Shown: positions 1-9,792 of the stretch, piece by piece
Numbering within the stretch: position 1 is the stretch's first letter
Layout of the letters: each line of letters opens with the position of its first letter
IMG/VR virus record: IMGVR_UViG_3300029268_000005
Length of the DNA: 64,000 nt
Reading direction: 5' to 3' (one strand)
From: an uncultured virus (IMG/VR IMGVR_UViG_3300029268_000005)
Lineage: Duplodnaviria > Heunggongvirae > Uroviricota > Caudoviricetes
Notes under the pieces: model-generated
The model's database searches: none
The model's input: the letters and a program-made list of their open reading frames with translations, nothing else
Told to the model about the DNA's origin: nothing
Program-made: the position numbers and the translations under genes

Positions 1-2033
1 CAAGAATACCAGTTGTACGAAGTTGTCACATGGGCCGCATTGACAGGCAATACGTGCAGTAGCTTACGTTGCGTATCAATGGATCTGAGCTCATAGCCAC
101 CCTGCCACAGCTGCTCACCAATGCAGATTTCAAGGCTATCATCCGAGACACGAACGTCCGGTACTAGGCAGTCAGCAATCGCGCTCTTGGCTATGACCCA
201 GACACCGCGCGTAGGGTAGTGAATGGTGTTTCCGTTAGGCGCCTCTGTGCCTAGCTTCGTGCGAAAGCCACGACCTTTGAACCATGGTGAGTTCCTAAAC
301 CAGTCTCTTGGATCTTTGACGCCATCAGTCTGCAGTATGTGCATTTGCTTATGGCACAGCATACCGAGCGGGGCTTTACCGGGTCTCGCTATTTCCTCGG
401 ACAACATCTGTAACCATCTACTGCCAGCTGGCACATAACAATCATCATCAAACCAAGCTAGCCAGGGCGTGCCTATTGGCAAGCTAGCGTCTGAGAATGC
501 GCTTCGCATTAACGCGGCTTTAGAATCACCACCACTGGCCACGTACACCTTGCTGACAGGCAGGGTGTCCAAGTACTTCATAGTGTGTGTAGATACGTTT
601 CGGCACAGTACACGCAGATCTAACTTGGACGGAGGCAGACTGCTGACAATCGAGTGCAGGCATCTTCGATGCTTATCAATGTGATTGTCGTTGCAATACA
701 CGCACACTGTGAGTCGACCACCTACAGCAGGATTCTCCAATGCAGTAAGCTGCACATGCTGCGGATGCACGATAGCTGGGCCAGTTTGTTTATCCGACAT
801 AATCGACGGTGGTCGAACTAGCTCTGGTTCTCTGACTATCTCTGGAAGATACGACTCGTTAATGGACATAGACTCGTCAGGAATAAAGAACTCGTCAGGA
901 TCCGTTGTCGGCCCCCGCAACGCAGCTTGTACGGCTGCATTAAAGACGGCTTCGTCAGCATAAGTATTCTTTGGTTTGCCTATTGGAGGCATGGCGATAT
1001 CTCCTGCAACTCGTGCCGGCGGGGGCAGCAGGCCTTGTTCGTAATACCACATGACAGCTTCGATCACATGGTCTGTTGTTATCATGTCCATACAGCGTGG
1101 TGTAAAGCCGCCGTATATAGGCACAGGTTGATGGCATAGGCTGCCATCCATGAGCTTGCCTTCTGGGCTTTTACGTCGATCATTTAGCGGCACCGTGCGC
1201 CGCCGCCAGCAGCCTTTACGGCAGCATGGTAGTAAGCCTTGTGTATGTAGGTACTGGTGCGGCATCTGCACAGCACTTGCTGCAGGCCCAAACTGTTTGA
1301 AGTTATCAAACTCGTTGTAGGCTTCCCACCAAACATCTTCACGACCGCCACCCAACACAACGCAAGGCTTATCAAGAGCTGCAGCGAGATGCATCATGAA
1401 CGTTATACCGCATACAACGCCTTCAGCATGATACACATTGACGATCAAGTCTCGCACACTAGTTTGTCCAAGAAGGCACAGCGCGTTATCTAGCTGTGTG
1501 TGCATATGTTCGCTTTTGTGTGTAGCGCCCTCCTGCACAAATCTAAGACCCAGGGGTCGTAACCTATTCACGACCTCCTGATAGCGATGCTGCGGCCAGA
1601 TCTTCGTGGTCATATCCGATTTTCCACCGGGCACGATAACCCAGTAGCGTCCGGAGACCATTGGTGACTTCTTCTCTTCCTCGCTGATATGTATGTCCGG
1701 CTTTGGTGCAGTGCACGGTACACGTATGCCTGTGAGTCTTGCGAATTCTCTATGAAAGGCTGTAACGAAGTGCTCGTGATAACCACGCCGAGCTCGGCCT
1801 AGGCTGCTTCGGTAAGTACCACGGCTATTGAAATCTAGTGACACAAGCCCAACAGTGTTACGGGCCATTTTCGTCAGATACGGATTGTTGTGCCACAGCG
1901 CCGGATAGTTGGTGTCGACATCAATCAGGTACTTGTCGCCATATGTAAGCTTTATATCCCGAACCAGGGCTGTGAGCATAGTCACATCACCGGCAGCCAT
2001 GCGGAAACGTAGCATGAACTTTTTCTGGCTCAT
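1..2033 (-). CDS. GT9 (heptosyltransferase-like) plus GT2-like glycosyltransferase fusion; 3' end runs off the window; absent from the ORF track
   Basis: Manual translation from ATG 2033 (ATGA overlap with the upstream stop) is open to position 1: MSQKKFMLRFRMAAGDVTMLTALVRDIK..WHNNPY..PGGKSDMTTKIWP..CGITFMMHLAAALDKPCVVLGGGRE (GT9 motifs), then LTVCVYC..WLAWFDDDCY (GT-A DxD-type motif). Confidence 0.85.
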   Translation of the reverse strand, partial: MSQKKFMLRFRMAAGDVTMLTALVRDIKLTYGDKYLIDVDTNYPALWHNNPYLTKMARNTVGLVSLDFNSRGTYRSSLGRARRGYHEHFVTAFHREFARLTGIRVPCTAPKPDIHISEEEKKSPMVSGRYWVIVPGGKSDMTTKIWPQHRYQEVVNRLRPLGLRFVQEGATHKSEHMHTQLDNALCLLGQTSVRDLIVNVYHAEGVVCGITFMMHLAAALDKPCVVLGGGREDVWWEAYNEFDNFKQFGPAASAVQMPHQYLHTQGLLPCCRKGCWRRRTVPLNDRRKSPEGKLMDGSLCHQPVPIYGGFTPRCMDMITTDHVIEAVMWYYEQGLLPPPARVAGDIAMPPIGKPKNTYADEAVFNAAVQAALRGPTTDPDEFFIPDESMSINESYLPEIVREPELVRPPSIMSDKQTGPAIVHPQHVQLTALENPAVGGRLTVCVYCNDNHIDKHRRCLHSIVSSLPPSKLDLRVLCRNVSTHTMKYLDTLPVSKVYVASGGDSKAALMRSAFSDASLPIGTPWLAWFDDDCYVPAGSRWLQMLSEEIARPGKAPLGMLCHKQMHILQTDGVKDPRDWFRNSPWFKGRGFRTKLGTEAPNGNTIHYPTRGVWVIAKSAIADCLVPDVRVSDDSLEICIGEQLWQGGYELRSIDTQRKLLHVLPVNAAHVTTSYNWYS

Positions 2034-4093
2034 TGCAGTGCCCTGATAAGCGATGCTCGACTAACTAGCTCGTTTCTAAAGCTTAGTTCCAGCATGTTGA
2101 GTCGTTGTTTGTTGGCCAGGGCAGTTCTTGCAACTGTGTCAGTGTGCAGCTTCGTTATTAGCTCGGCCGCCGATGCAGGCTGCTCATGAGCTACAATACC
2201 ATCTTGCAGATTTTCCACACACGGGACTGCCGATGACGTTATAGCCGGCGTGCCGCAAAGTATAGACTCTGCAGCAGAATAACACCAGGTTTCTGAGTGG
2301 CTCATGTGCATAGTGCAGGTTAAGCCAGCGAATACGTCGTATGACTTTTGCTTATCTCTTACGTGCACATCGTGTGCAACAGGCTGCAGTTGCAGCGCGG
2401 CTATAAGCGCCTTGTAGCCGGCATGCTGCAACATTCGATCAAATACATGCGGCGTAGCCTTGGCCAGTGCGCAGGCTGCTAGTGCGTTGGCGTGATTCTT
2501 TCTACCTACCCCTGCCGCCAGTAAACCTACAGCAGGTCGTTCGCCAGGACTGTAGCTTTCTGGAACACTTACAAGGCCGGGTGCCACAACATTTGGTAAC
2601 CAATAGCAACGTACGTGTTGTGCTTGTAGCAGATCAGCCAAAGGCTTAGATGAGGCAAACAGACACCACAGCTTGCCCTTACGTACGGCGTTAATAGCCT
2701 CATTGAGCCTTACAAGTTCATCGCCTAGCTCGCTTTGTGCTAGCGCTGATTGCCACCATACGCCGACACGACCACGAGCAGACAGGCTTTGAAGCCTGCC
2801 CATGACGTCATTATTCCAGGCTGACACTATGAGCAGCTTGAACTTGGCTGGTGCACATTCAACAGTGCGAACATTGTGAACAGACGAGAAATGTTCAACA
2901 GCTGTACGACAGCCTGGATGAGGCGGTAGCAGCAAGTCGACATCCAGCCCGCAGGGGTTCGCATTAACCGCCGAAGTAGCTGCGTGCTCTAAGGCTAACG
3001 CCCAATCGTCGTGTTCTGTTATCCAGGCCGCACGTTGTAGGGCTGCAGGATTGCCGTTACAGCCTGTCTTAATTGCTCTACGCACAGCTGTAAGCCATTC
3101 GTCGGTCGTAGCGGTCAACGGCAGGCCAATGCCGGCAGAGTCGCCCACAAGCCGTGCAGGGTGTCCTAGTGCCGTATAGACAATACTGCAGCCTGCAGAC
3201 ATTGCCTCAGCCATAACCCTGGAGTACGACTCTGACAGAAAGGTAGGATGGGCTAGTACAGCAGCCTGCCTAAACTTGGCCAACATCACGTCAGGTGCTA
3301 GATGATCGGACTCTGGTGAGTCGTAAGCCAGGACCTCTGTATCAAACTCGCGCTGCAAAGCTTGCACTATGTCCTTGCGCATCTTGTTATAGCCGACAAT
3401 CAACACTTTGCTGCGCGCTGTATCGTTAGGTTCTGTACTCATATGGTGTGGTGGTCTGGCGATGGCAATACGCTGTGCCGGCACGCCTAGTCTGGCCAGC
3501 AGATCACGAGAAAATGTGGAGTTCGTCAGTACGCCATCGAAGTTGGCAAGTACTTCGAAGTGTTCACTAGGGCGCAGATCGCAATGCACTGCTGACGCAA
3601 GAGGCACTAGTCCTCGCCAGTAGGCCACACGGGCTAGCTTATGCCCTGGCCATTTGGCTGCTGCCTCCCAGAAGCCATTGCTGCCCGTGATCAACAGGTT
3701 TGGTTTGCACTCTGTGGCAGCGGCAACGACTTCAGCCGGGGTGGCGTTCTCACAGAATATGTAGCGCACACCGTTGATTACTTCGGCGGGAGGCGGTGTG
3801 CCGCCAGAATAGTAGGCCACAACACAGTGCCCACTTGCAGCCAGGCTAGTGAGGTAGGCGTCTAAAGACCAGGCAGCACCGCCTGTATGAGGCCACAGCA
3901 GACTAGAAGCAGATGCGATAAGAAACTTGCCATGCTCTCGGGCATCCTCACAGCCCTCTATTTCGCCTGTGTCGGGCGGCTGCTCAGCTCGGCATGTGGC
4001 GACAATCGAACGTCCTCTGTACGTAGCTTTGCGGCCACAATACCTACAAAAGACAGTTTCGCCGTAGGCCCCTAGCTTAAACTTACACTGCAT
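2030..4093 (-). CDS. Tandem GT4-like (GT-B) glycosyltransferase with a small N-terminal Cys-rich domain
   Basis: Two GT4 C-terminal motifs, ESYSRVMAEAMSAGC and ETWCYSAAESILCGTP; TNSTFS motif; N-terminal CRYC. Confidence 0.8.
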   Translation of the reverse strand: MQCKFKLGAYGETVFCRYCGRKATYRGRSIVATCRAEQPPDTGEIEGCEDAREHGKFLIASASSLLWPHTGGAAWSLDAYLTSLAASGHCVVAYYSGGTPPPAEVINGVRYIFCENATPAEVVAAATECKPNLLITGSNGFWEAAAKWPGHKLARVAYWRGLVPLASAVHCDLRPSEHFEVLANFDGVLTNSTFSRDLLARLGVPAQRIAIARPPHHMSTEPNDTARSKVLIVGYNKMRKDIVQALQREFDTEVLAYDSPESDHLAPDVMLAKFRQAAVLAHPTFLSESYSRVMAEAMSAGCSIVYTALGHPARLVGDSAGIGLPLTATTDEWLTAVRRAIKTGCNGNPAALQRAAWITEHDDWALALEHAATSAVNANPCGLDVDLLLPPHPGCRTAVEHFSSVHNVRTVECAPAKFKLLIVSAWNNDVMGRLQSLSARGRVGVWWQSALAQSELGDELVRLNEAINAVRKGKLWCLFASSKPLADLLQAQHVRCYWLPNVVAPGLVSVPESYSPGERPAVGLLAAGVGRKNHANALAACALAKATPHVFDRMLQHAGYKALIAALQLQPVAHDVHVRDKQKSYDVFAGLTCTMHMSHSETWCYSAAESILCGTPAITSSAVPCVENLQDGIVAHEQPASAAELITKLHTDTVARTALANKQRLNMLELSFRNELVSRASLIRALQ

Positions 4094-4095
4094 GA

Positions 4096-4677
4096 TTAGG
4101 CCGTGATATCTAACGTCACGCCAGTATGATCACACCAGGCACCTGGTTTCGGATCAATTGGATCGACCGTTAGACTAACATTTAAGCTGCTTAGCTCATA
4201 GGGATCCACGTCAGAATCTTCGTCATACGCCGTGATAGTCCACTCAGCTCCATCTTGAGGGCCTATGGTGAGTGTTACGTCAATGCGCCTTGTACGTGTC
4301 GAAGGTGTATACGATATAGTCACAAAGAAAGACACATAGCCATACTCGTAGTTCTCAGAACCAGGGCAGCCGACTTTTGCCACTTGATCGACACTGTATG
4401 TTGTGTAGCAAGTGCTAGCAGACCCTACGTTGTCGTCGACAAGGTCAACGACGTAGTCGGCATCAAACCTACTGCAGGTAGGCGTTATAGGATCTTCGGA
4501 CGTTCCGCAGTTGTCGATGTTGTTTGTAGAGCCGCTTATACGAAGTGTCAGACTATCCGGGGCGCTCTCATCTGAATATGACTTGCAATCGCCGGGATCT
4601 TCACCACAGCAACAATCCTCGGACATGGCGATCTGTCCATCTACGAACAGTATCGCGCCCTCGTAGAACACAACCAT
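4096..4677 (-). CDS. Cys-containing putative tail-fibre accessory protein
   Basis: Start moved to MVVFYEG (ATG 4677, GGAG upstream); SEDCCCG motif; acidic and beta-rich; follows the collagen gene. Confidence 0.55.
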   Translation of the reverse strand: MVVFYEGAILFVDGQIAMSEDCCCGEDPGDCKSYSDESAPDSLTLRISGSTNNIDNCGTSEDPITPTCSRFDADYVVDLVDDNVGSASTCYTTYSVDQVAKVGCPGSENYEYGYVSFFVTISYTPSTRTRRIDVTLTIGPQDGAEWTITAYDEDSDVDPYELSSLNVSLTVDPIDPKPGAWCDHTGVTLDITA

Positions 4678-4681
4678 GGCA

Positions 4682-5824
4682 TTACTCCGGTGGTTCTGGA
4701 CACTCGGTACCTTCGTGCCATGTTTCTGTTGTTTCTGGCTCTTCGGCAGACGACAATGCCGATACGAAACACTCAAGCTTAGTGAGTGTCAGATCCGTAC
4801 CATCAACTGCAATCTCCGTAACAGCCTCAATCGAGCTTGGCGCCCACGACATGACCTTTCCGTCGTCACTTACAAAGATCGGAGTACCGCTTGCTAGCTT
4901 TGCACCAGAAGGTATTATCCAGCCGTCGACAGTAATGCTGCTTCCGCCAGTTACACTTGCACTGGCAGTTCCACCGCCTGTTAAGTCTTGAGTTAGTGTT
5001 GCGGCAGTTACTGCTTTGAAAGAGTTAGTTCTGAATTCGAAAGAGTTGTGATCGGCAGTCTTCCAATTGCTTAACGCTGTGCCGTTGACCTTATCACCTT
5101 GGGCGTAGCCGGCTTTATTCCAGTCCTCACCAGCACCATCTACAGTGAATCGAACAGTACCTGGAACAGTAGGCACGTAGTGAAAATTGTTGGTCACACC
5201 TGTGCCTGATCCGGTTCCGACCGGGGGGTCACCAGTAGGGACGACGGCTATCGTGATGGGCATAGCCGGAACTACCGATACTTCGACCTCAACAAGATAT
5301 CTAGTGACGTTGTTAGACGTCATGACACCAAGGATCACGCCAATAGCCCACACGTTCATATTTTGAACGCCTAGATTGTTTGCCGAGGGCGCGTGTTTCA
5401 CATAACAATCTAGGACGTCTTGTGTCCAGGTTGATCCGTCGTAATGCGTAAGGTACAACGTGCCATTGTAGTATTCGCCGCCTATAAGCGTTGTGACATG
5501 CACCACAACGGCAGCGCCATTTATACCGACAGCGCCAGAGGCGCCTTGAGCCCCTTGCGGACCGGCGACACCGTTCAGGCCGTTTAAGCCAGGCACGCCC
5601 TGTGAACCTTGCGGGCCGGCTGCACCAGAAACAGCAGCAGCTAGATCCACAGGAGGTATGGCGCTCAGACCGCTGGCGTCGCAGTCAAAGATGGCTTCTG
5701 GCGGATCGGGCAGTTCGCAATTGGTGATATCGGGAATCACCTCGATTGGCTGTACGGCAGGAACCTCACAGTCAGCCGGGTCAAACACGGGATCAAAATT
5801 GTATGGTCCGCCTGTATAGCCCAT
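4682..5824 (-). CDS. Collagen-like (Gly-X-Y) putative tail-fibre protein
   Basis: GAAGPQGSQGVPGLNGLNGVAGPQGAQGASG triplets followed by a Thr/Gly-rich beta region. Confidence 0.7.
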   Translation of the reverse strand: MGYTGGPYNFDPVFDPADCEVPAVQPIEVIPDITNCELPDPPEAIFDCDASGLSAIPPVDLAAAVSGAAGPQGSQGVPGLNGLNGVAGPQGAQGASGAVGINGAAVVVHVTTLIGGEYYNGTLYLTHYDGSTWTQDVLDCYVKHAPSANNLGVQNMNVWAIGVILGVMTSNNVTRYLVEVEVSVVPAMPITIAVVPTGDPPVGTGSGTGVTNNFHYVPTVPGTVRFTVDGAGEDWNKAGYAQGDKVNGTALSNWKTADHNSFEFRTNSFKAVTAATLTQDLTGGGTASASVTGGSSITVDGWIIPSGAKLASGTPIFVSDDGKVMSWAPSSIEAVTEIAVDGTDLTLTKLECFVSALSSAEEPETTETWHEGTECPEPPE

Positions 5825-5825
5825 A

Positions 5826-6785
5826 TCAGTTCTCGCCGTAACACACTGCCATGCCCTGCATATTCACAGCCACGGTTATCGTAGCCGTTACAGGGTCGAA
5901 CTCTATCTGTACACCGTCGCCGCCTACCAATGAGATAGTCCTGCCGCCCACACCATTGACGGTACGCAGGACTTCGTTACACATAGGACTACCATCGAGT
6001 GTAGAGGCAAACTCTGGAGCCTGTTCTAGCTGAAATACAGGCTGTTGCTCACACGGGCTTACCTTATCGTTGTCTACGTCAGCGCTGACCGTGATGCTGT
6101 TATCAACAGAGTTCAGCTCTAGCCTGCAATAGATGCCCTCCTGCAGTCGAAGATCACCACACATGCCTATCTGTCGTGGCCATATGTCTTGAGGCGTTAC
6201 TGGCCATACGACAGCAGAGCAATCTTCATCAGTTTCAAATCGTGTCCTATCCTCGTTAGCTATGCTGACACTGCGAGCGTAACTTGCCACAAGATTCTGA
6301 ACTACACCAGGCTCTATGATCATGGTGCCTGTCAGGCTGTTACCGTCTGTCAGCAGCGCTGCCAACTCGGCAAGATTACCAAAGACAACGAACCCTTCCC
6401 AGCGTACGTCGTCTATCGTATCGCCGGTCGATAGGACAGATTCTGAGATCTCTAGCGGCACAACCTCAGAGACAGGCTCTTCTTCGTCAGTGTCAGCTTC
6501 GACAAATACAGGCACGTACACTGGATCAGAAAGACTTCGGCTAACTTGGAACACACCTTCGTTGAGCCCAGGTGCGTCCGAGTAGAAGCTGAATACAAAC
6601 GTATCACCGGTGCGTGCTACGCTTGCCAGCCATATGCTATGAACAGCGCTGTCAAATTCCGATAAGACACCAGCTATAAAGCCTGCGTCCACTATCGTTG
6701 AATCCGGCACGAAACATGACGACACTTCTGTGAAAGGCCATGTTCGATTTGCGTTGGTGTTATACCAGCCGGCTTGTGCTTGCAT
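5826..6785 (-). CDS. Virion protein, WxNxNxxRx(Y/W)PF paralog family
   Basis: N-terminal WYNTNANRTWPF; C-terminal LRTVNGVGG..LVGGDGVQI module shared with paralogs. Confidence 0.6.
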   Translation of the reverse strand: MQAQAGWYNTNANRTWPFTEVSSCFVPDSTIVDAGFIAGVLSEFDSAVHSIWLASVARTGDTFVFSFYSDAPGLNEGVFQVSRSLSDPVYVPVFVEADTDEEEPVSEVVPLEISESVLSTGDTIDDVRWEGFVVFGNLAELAALLTDGNSLTGTMIIEPGVVQNLVASYARSVSIANEDRTRFETDEDCSAVVWPVTPQDIWPRQIGMCGDLRLQEGIYCRLELNSVDNSITVSADVDNDKVSPCEQQPVFQLEQAPEFASTLDGSPMCNEVLRTVNGVGGRTISLVGGDGVQIEFDPVTATITVAVNMQGMAVCYGEN

Positions 6786-6795
6786 TGCAGAAGTC

Positions 6796-7623
6796 TCACC
6801 GAATGCTGTTTAGCTTTTCGCCCACAACCTCAATAAGTAACCCCTGCGCTGTAGAGCGGATACGCAGGATGCTATCTTCAGCGTCCTGATTGCCTACAGT
6901 GAGCTTGAAGTCGCCGTATTGATCCGGAGAACATACAAGGCTTCTCGACGCATCTTTGACAGTGATGGTCTTGATATGCCTAGGTGCAACAAATAGCCCT
7001 GTACCTAGTCGCCTGTTGAATAACGGATCACCAACAACGTCTATACGAATCGCGCTCAACACCTGTCGGGCCGTACCACCCACACCTGCAGGTATTACAG
7101 CCTCCTGCGCAGACAATACAATCCCAGCGCCGCCAACAAACCAGACATCGCCTGTTACCAACGTACCGTCATCCAGTAAGAAACCACGCAGGCCTATTTC
7201 TGGTGTAGGTATGCAGCAGCTGGCAACGAACTCAGTTTGATCTTGCTCAAAGCTGAATGCACCAGTACCCCAGGTCTGGAAAATGGCTAGCCTGTTGGCC
7301 TCAGATACTAGCACACCTGCAGCTCGTCCGTAGTAGTCGAACAATGGCAATACGTCAGGCGGGCTCAACAGTGTGAAGCTGCCGTAGGCTCTAGTGGCTG
7401 TAGTTGAATCACCAATAACGATGCGAACTTCCTGCTGCGTCACAACCACCTGCGATAAATACAAACCGACAGTTCCGCCTACTGGATGCAGTGCAGCATC
7501 CAGAAACGTTGTCTCTGGTATAAAGACACCGCCGTCATTAACCAATGTGGCCTTATCAGAGAACGGGTACTTGGTGTTCTCTAACGACGGACGGAACTCG
7601 GGTTGTAGTATGCGCTCACTCAT
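6796..7623 (-). CDS. Virion protein, YPF paralog family
   Basis: NTKYPFSDKATL..IPETTFLDA; TGDVWFVGGAGIVL; PDQYGDFKL. Confidence 0.6.
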   Translation of the reverse strand: MSERILQPEFRPSLENTKYPFSDKATLVNDGGVFIPETTFLDAALHPVGGTVGLYLSQVVVTQQEVRIVIGDSTTATRAYGSFTLLSPPDVLPLFDYYGRAAGVLVSEANRLAIFQTWGTGAFSFEQDQTEFVASCCIPTPEIGLRGFLLDDGTLVTGDVWFVGGAGIVLSAQEAVIPAGVGGTARQVLSAIRIDVVGDPLFNRRLGTGLFVAPRHIKTITVKDASRSLVCSPDQYGDFKLTVGNQDAEDSILRIRSTAQGLLIEVVGEKLNSIR

Positions 7624-8108
7624 GCAAATCGCAGGCGTTTGCGAATCTGGGCAGACCTAGCGGCCCTGGTAGTGTCCACAACAGCAACCGCAGGCTTGAA
7701 ACACAGCCCGTACCTGGCAGCCCAGACCTCAATGTCTTTGACATTGTCGGCAGTAAGCGGCCCGTGCGGTTTGATGAGCTTGGCAGGATCAGTGGCCAAT
7801 AGAGCCGATATGGACTCAATGCCAGTCTCCCAGACTGCATTACGAGTTGCAGCCGTCACCGTTCGAAGCATATCGTCCCACAGCTTGTTGATGTCGCCCG
7901 GCGGCACAGGCTCACCCGGTTCATCTTCGACATCGTATGCATCCTCTTCCTCAGCCGGCTCATCATCAGCCTCATCAGCCTCTTCGTCCGCAGCAGCTTG
8001 TAGCTCGTTTCGCAACGAGTCTATAGCGTTGGCAGCGGCCTCAGCTTGATCTTCGTCAACGGGCTGTTCAGGATAGCCTTCTTCAAAATCATCTTCTTCA
8101 ATTGGCAT
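7620..8108 (-). CDS. Hypothetical protein with a highly acidic N-terminus
   Basis: 162 aa, D/E-rich first half; GAGG RBS; ATGA overlap with the next gene. Confidence 0.6.
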   Translation of the reverse strand: MPIEEDDFEEGYPEQPVDEDQAEAAANAIDSLRNELQAAADEEADEADDEPAEEEDAYDVEDEPGEPVPPGDINKLWDDMLRTVTAATRNAVWETGIESISALLATDPAKLIKPHGPLTADNVKDIEVWAARYGLCFKPAVAVVDTTRAARSAQIRKRLRFA

Positions 8109-8116
8109 ATGTACCT

Positions 8117-9784
8117 CTACGTGTAAACAAGGTCGCCGCTGTTGGTGAAGACAAATCTGTCAAATATTGTGGTGGCCTTGTAACTCTCTACACCAAAGCG
8201 GCTAAGACTACCGTCCCAGGCTACAGCTGTCGGATCTACGCTACAAAGCAAAGCGCCAGTTCCTGCATTACGCACATAAGCCACCACCCAGCTGTAATTG
8301 GGATCTTCTGAAGGATAGCAGGCAACGACAACTCTGTACAGCGTATCCAGCGCCATCGCGGGCAACGCCGTGAAGTTCAAAACCGATAACTGGCCTTGGC
8401 TACGTACCATCAAAACCAGTCCACGGGTTCCAACATAAAACCCGTCCCAATCCATTGTCACTTGTATCCAGCGATAGTCATCATCGACAGACTGTATGCC
8501 GAATACAACACTGCCGTTGTTTAGCGTGTTGTTGATGTCATTGGTAAGCCGCATGTCCACAACAACTTTGCGGTAATAGGCCGTATCTAGCGGCAGATTC
8601 CTGTAGGCCAGATTACGGACGCTAAGCTGTGTTGCTTGTATCGTGCCGCTTACGACAGAGTAACCTCCTAGCAGCGTTGTCCAGCCCACCAGGGAGGAAA
8701 GGTTATCAACCAAGGGCAGCGCCGGGTCTTCCTCTGTCTCCTCCACCTCTGAGTCAATGACGAAGGGATCTAGCTCTTCTTCATCGATGATAGTGATGGA
8801 CTCGTCGGATATGGACACACACAGGTCTTCGTACTCGTTGGGCAGCGTGCCGTCGTCGGTAGGTAGACGAGCAGCTGTAACACACATGTCGCCAAGCCCT
8901 AGGCCGCAGTCAACAATGACGCCGCACACATCTTCCGTGCTGACAAGTTCGCCATCGTTGTCCAGAAAGGCCTCCCGGTGTACGTCAGTGATAACACCAC
9001 AGCCTGTGAACTCGATGGTAATATTGCCGCTGCAGTCTGGTGTGACGGTGCCAATAGCTTCAACAGGTATCGGATCGCCGCATGTGTTGCTCTCAGGCCT
9101 GTCACCGCACGGACCTTTGTAGATATCAAAGACATTACGCTGCTGGCTGTTGTCGGTATTCTTGAGCCTAATGACAATAGCCTCACGCGTTGCAGGGCTC
9201 TCGCTGTCACATAGATCGCTAGCAACCGGCACATGCCCAGGTATCTCGACACACTCGCGAACTATCTCTATGTCATCGCCGCCTATGAGTTTGACAATAC
9301 CGGTCAAAGCTGTTGATACACCTAGCTTGCCAAACGACTGAATTGGCAAGTCACGGTAGGCTTTGGCAATTCTAGGCAGCAGTTGTGCCTGGCCTACAGA
9401 GGAGCAACGCCATGTACGCAGACCGGACTCTGTTATGTTGTCGCCAAACACTATCCAGCCGCCGACACCGGCAGCCAGTGGTGTGAGCGCATACTGCTTG
9501 TCCTGCATAAACGGACGCAGTATCCGTATAGCAGCCAACGGCACTGGTGTTGAGGGCGCAGTCAGACTATCTACGCCCAGTATCACTGCGCTTACAACAG
9601 AGGCGCCAACGGTTATGCCACTGACATAGGCGTATCTTGCCAACGACCGTGGAAAGCAGATATGCAGATCAGAGATGATATTGGTAGGAATGCTGACGCC
9701 GGCATCGTCCACTAGCGACGCTAGTTCATCAAACGGATAGCACCGTTGCTGATTAAGCGAGTACCATGCCACATTTCTAGACAT
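8117..9784 (-). CDS. Virion protein, YPF paralog family, with a C-terminal lectin/jelly-roll-like domain
   Basis: WYSLNQQRCYPF; TGIVKLIGGDDIEI; TPDCSGNITI; the C-terminal ~200 aa look like a beta-sandwich (FGVES..TIFDRFVF). Confidence 0.6.
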   Translation of the reverse strand: MSRNVAWYSLNQQRCYPFDELASLVDDAGVSIPTNIISDLHICFPRSLARYAYVSGITVGASVVSAVILGVDSLTAPSTPVPLAAIRILRPFMQDKQYALTPLAAGVGGWIVFGDNITESGLRTWRCSSVGQAQLLPRIAKAYRDLPIQSFGKLGVSTALTGIVKLIGGDDIEIVRECVEIPGHVPVASDLCDSESPATREAIVIRLKNTDNSQQRNVFDIYKGPCGDRPESNTCGDPIPVEAIGTVTPDCSGNITIEFTGCGVITDVHREAFLDNDGELVSTEDVCGVIVDCGLGLGDMCVTAARLPTDDGTLPNEYEDLCVSISDESITIIDEEELDPFVIDSEVEETEEDPALPLVDNLSSLVGWTTLLGGYSVVSGTIQATQLSVRNLAYRNLPLDTAYYRKVVVDMRLTNDINNTLNNGSVVFGIQSVDDDYRWIQVTMDWDGFYVGTRGLVLMVRSQGQLSVLNFTALPAMALDTLYRVVVACYPSEDPNYSWVVAYVRNAGTGALLCSVDPTAVAWDGSLSRFGVESYKATTIFDRFVFTNSGDLVYT

Positions 9785-9792
9785 CAGCGCAC

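Noticed and set aside
223..1493. Short ORFs listed in the first 1.5 kb
   Set aside because: They are explained by the single minus-strand glycosyltransferase frame 1-2033, which lacks a stop codon inside the window.
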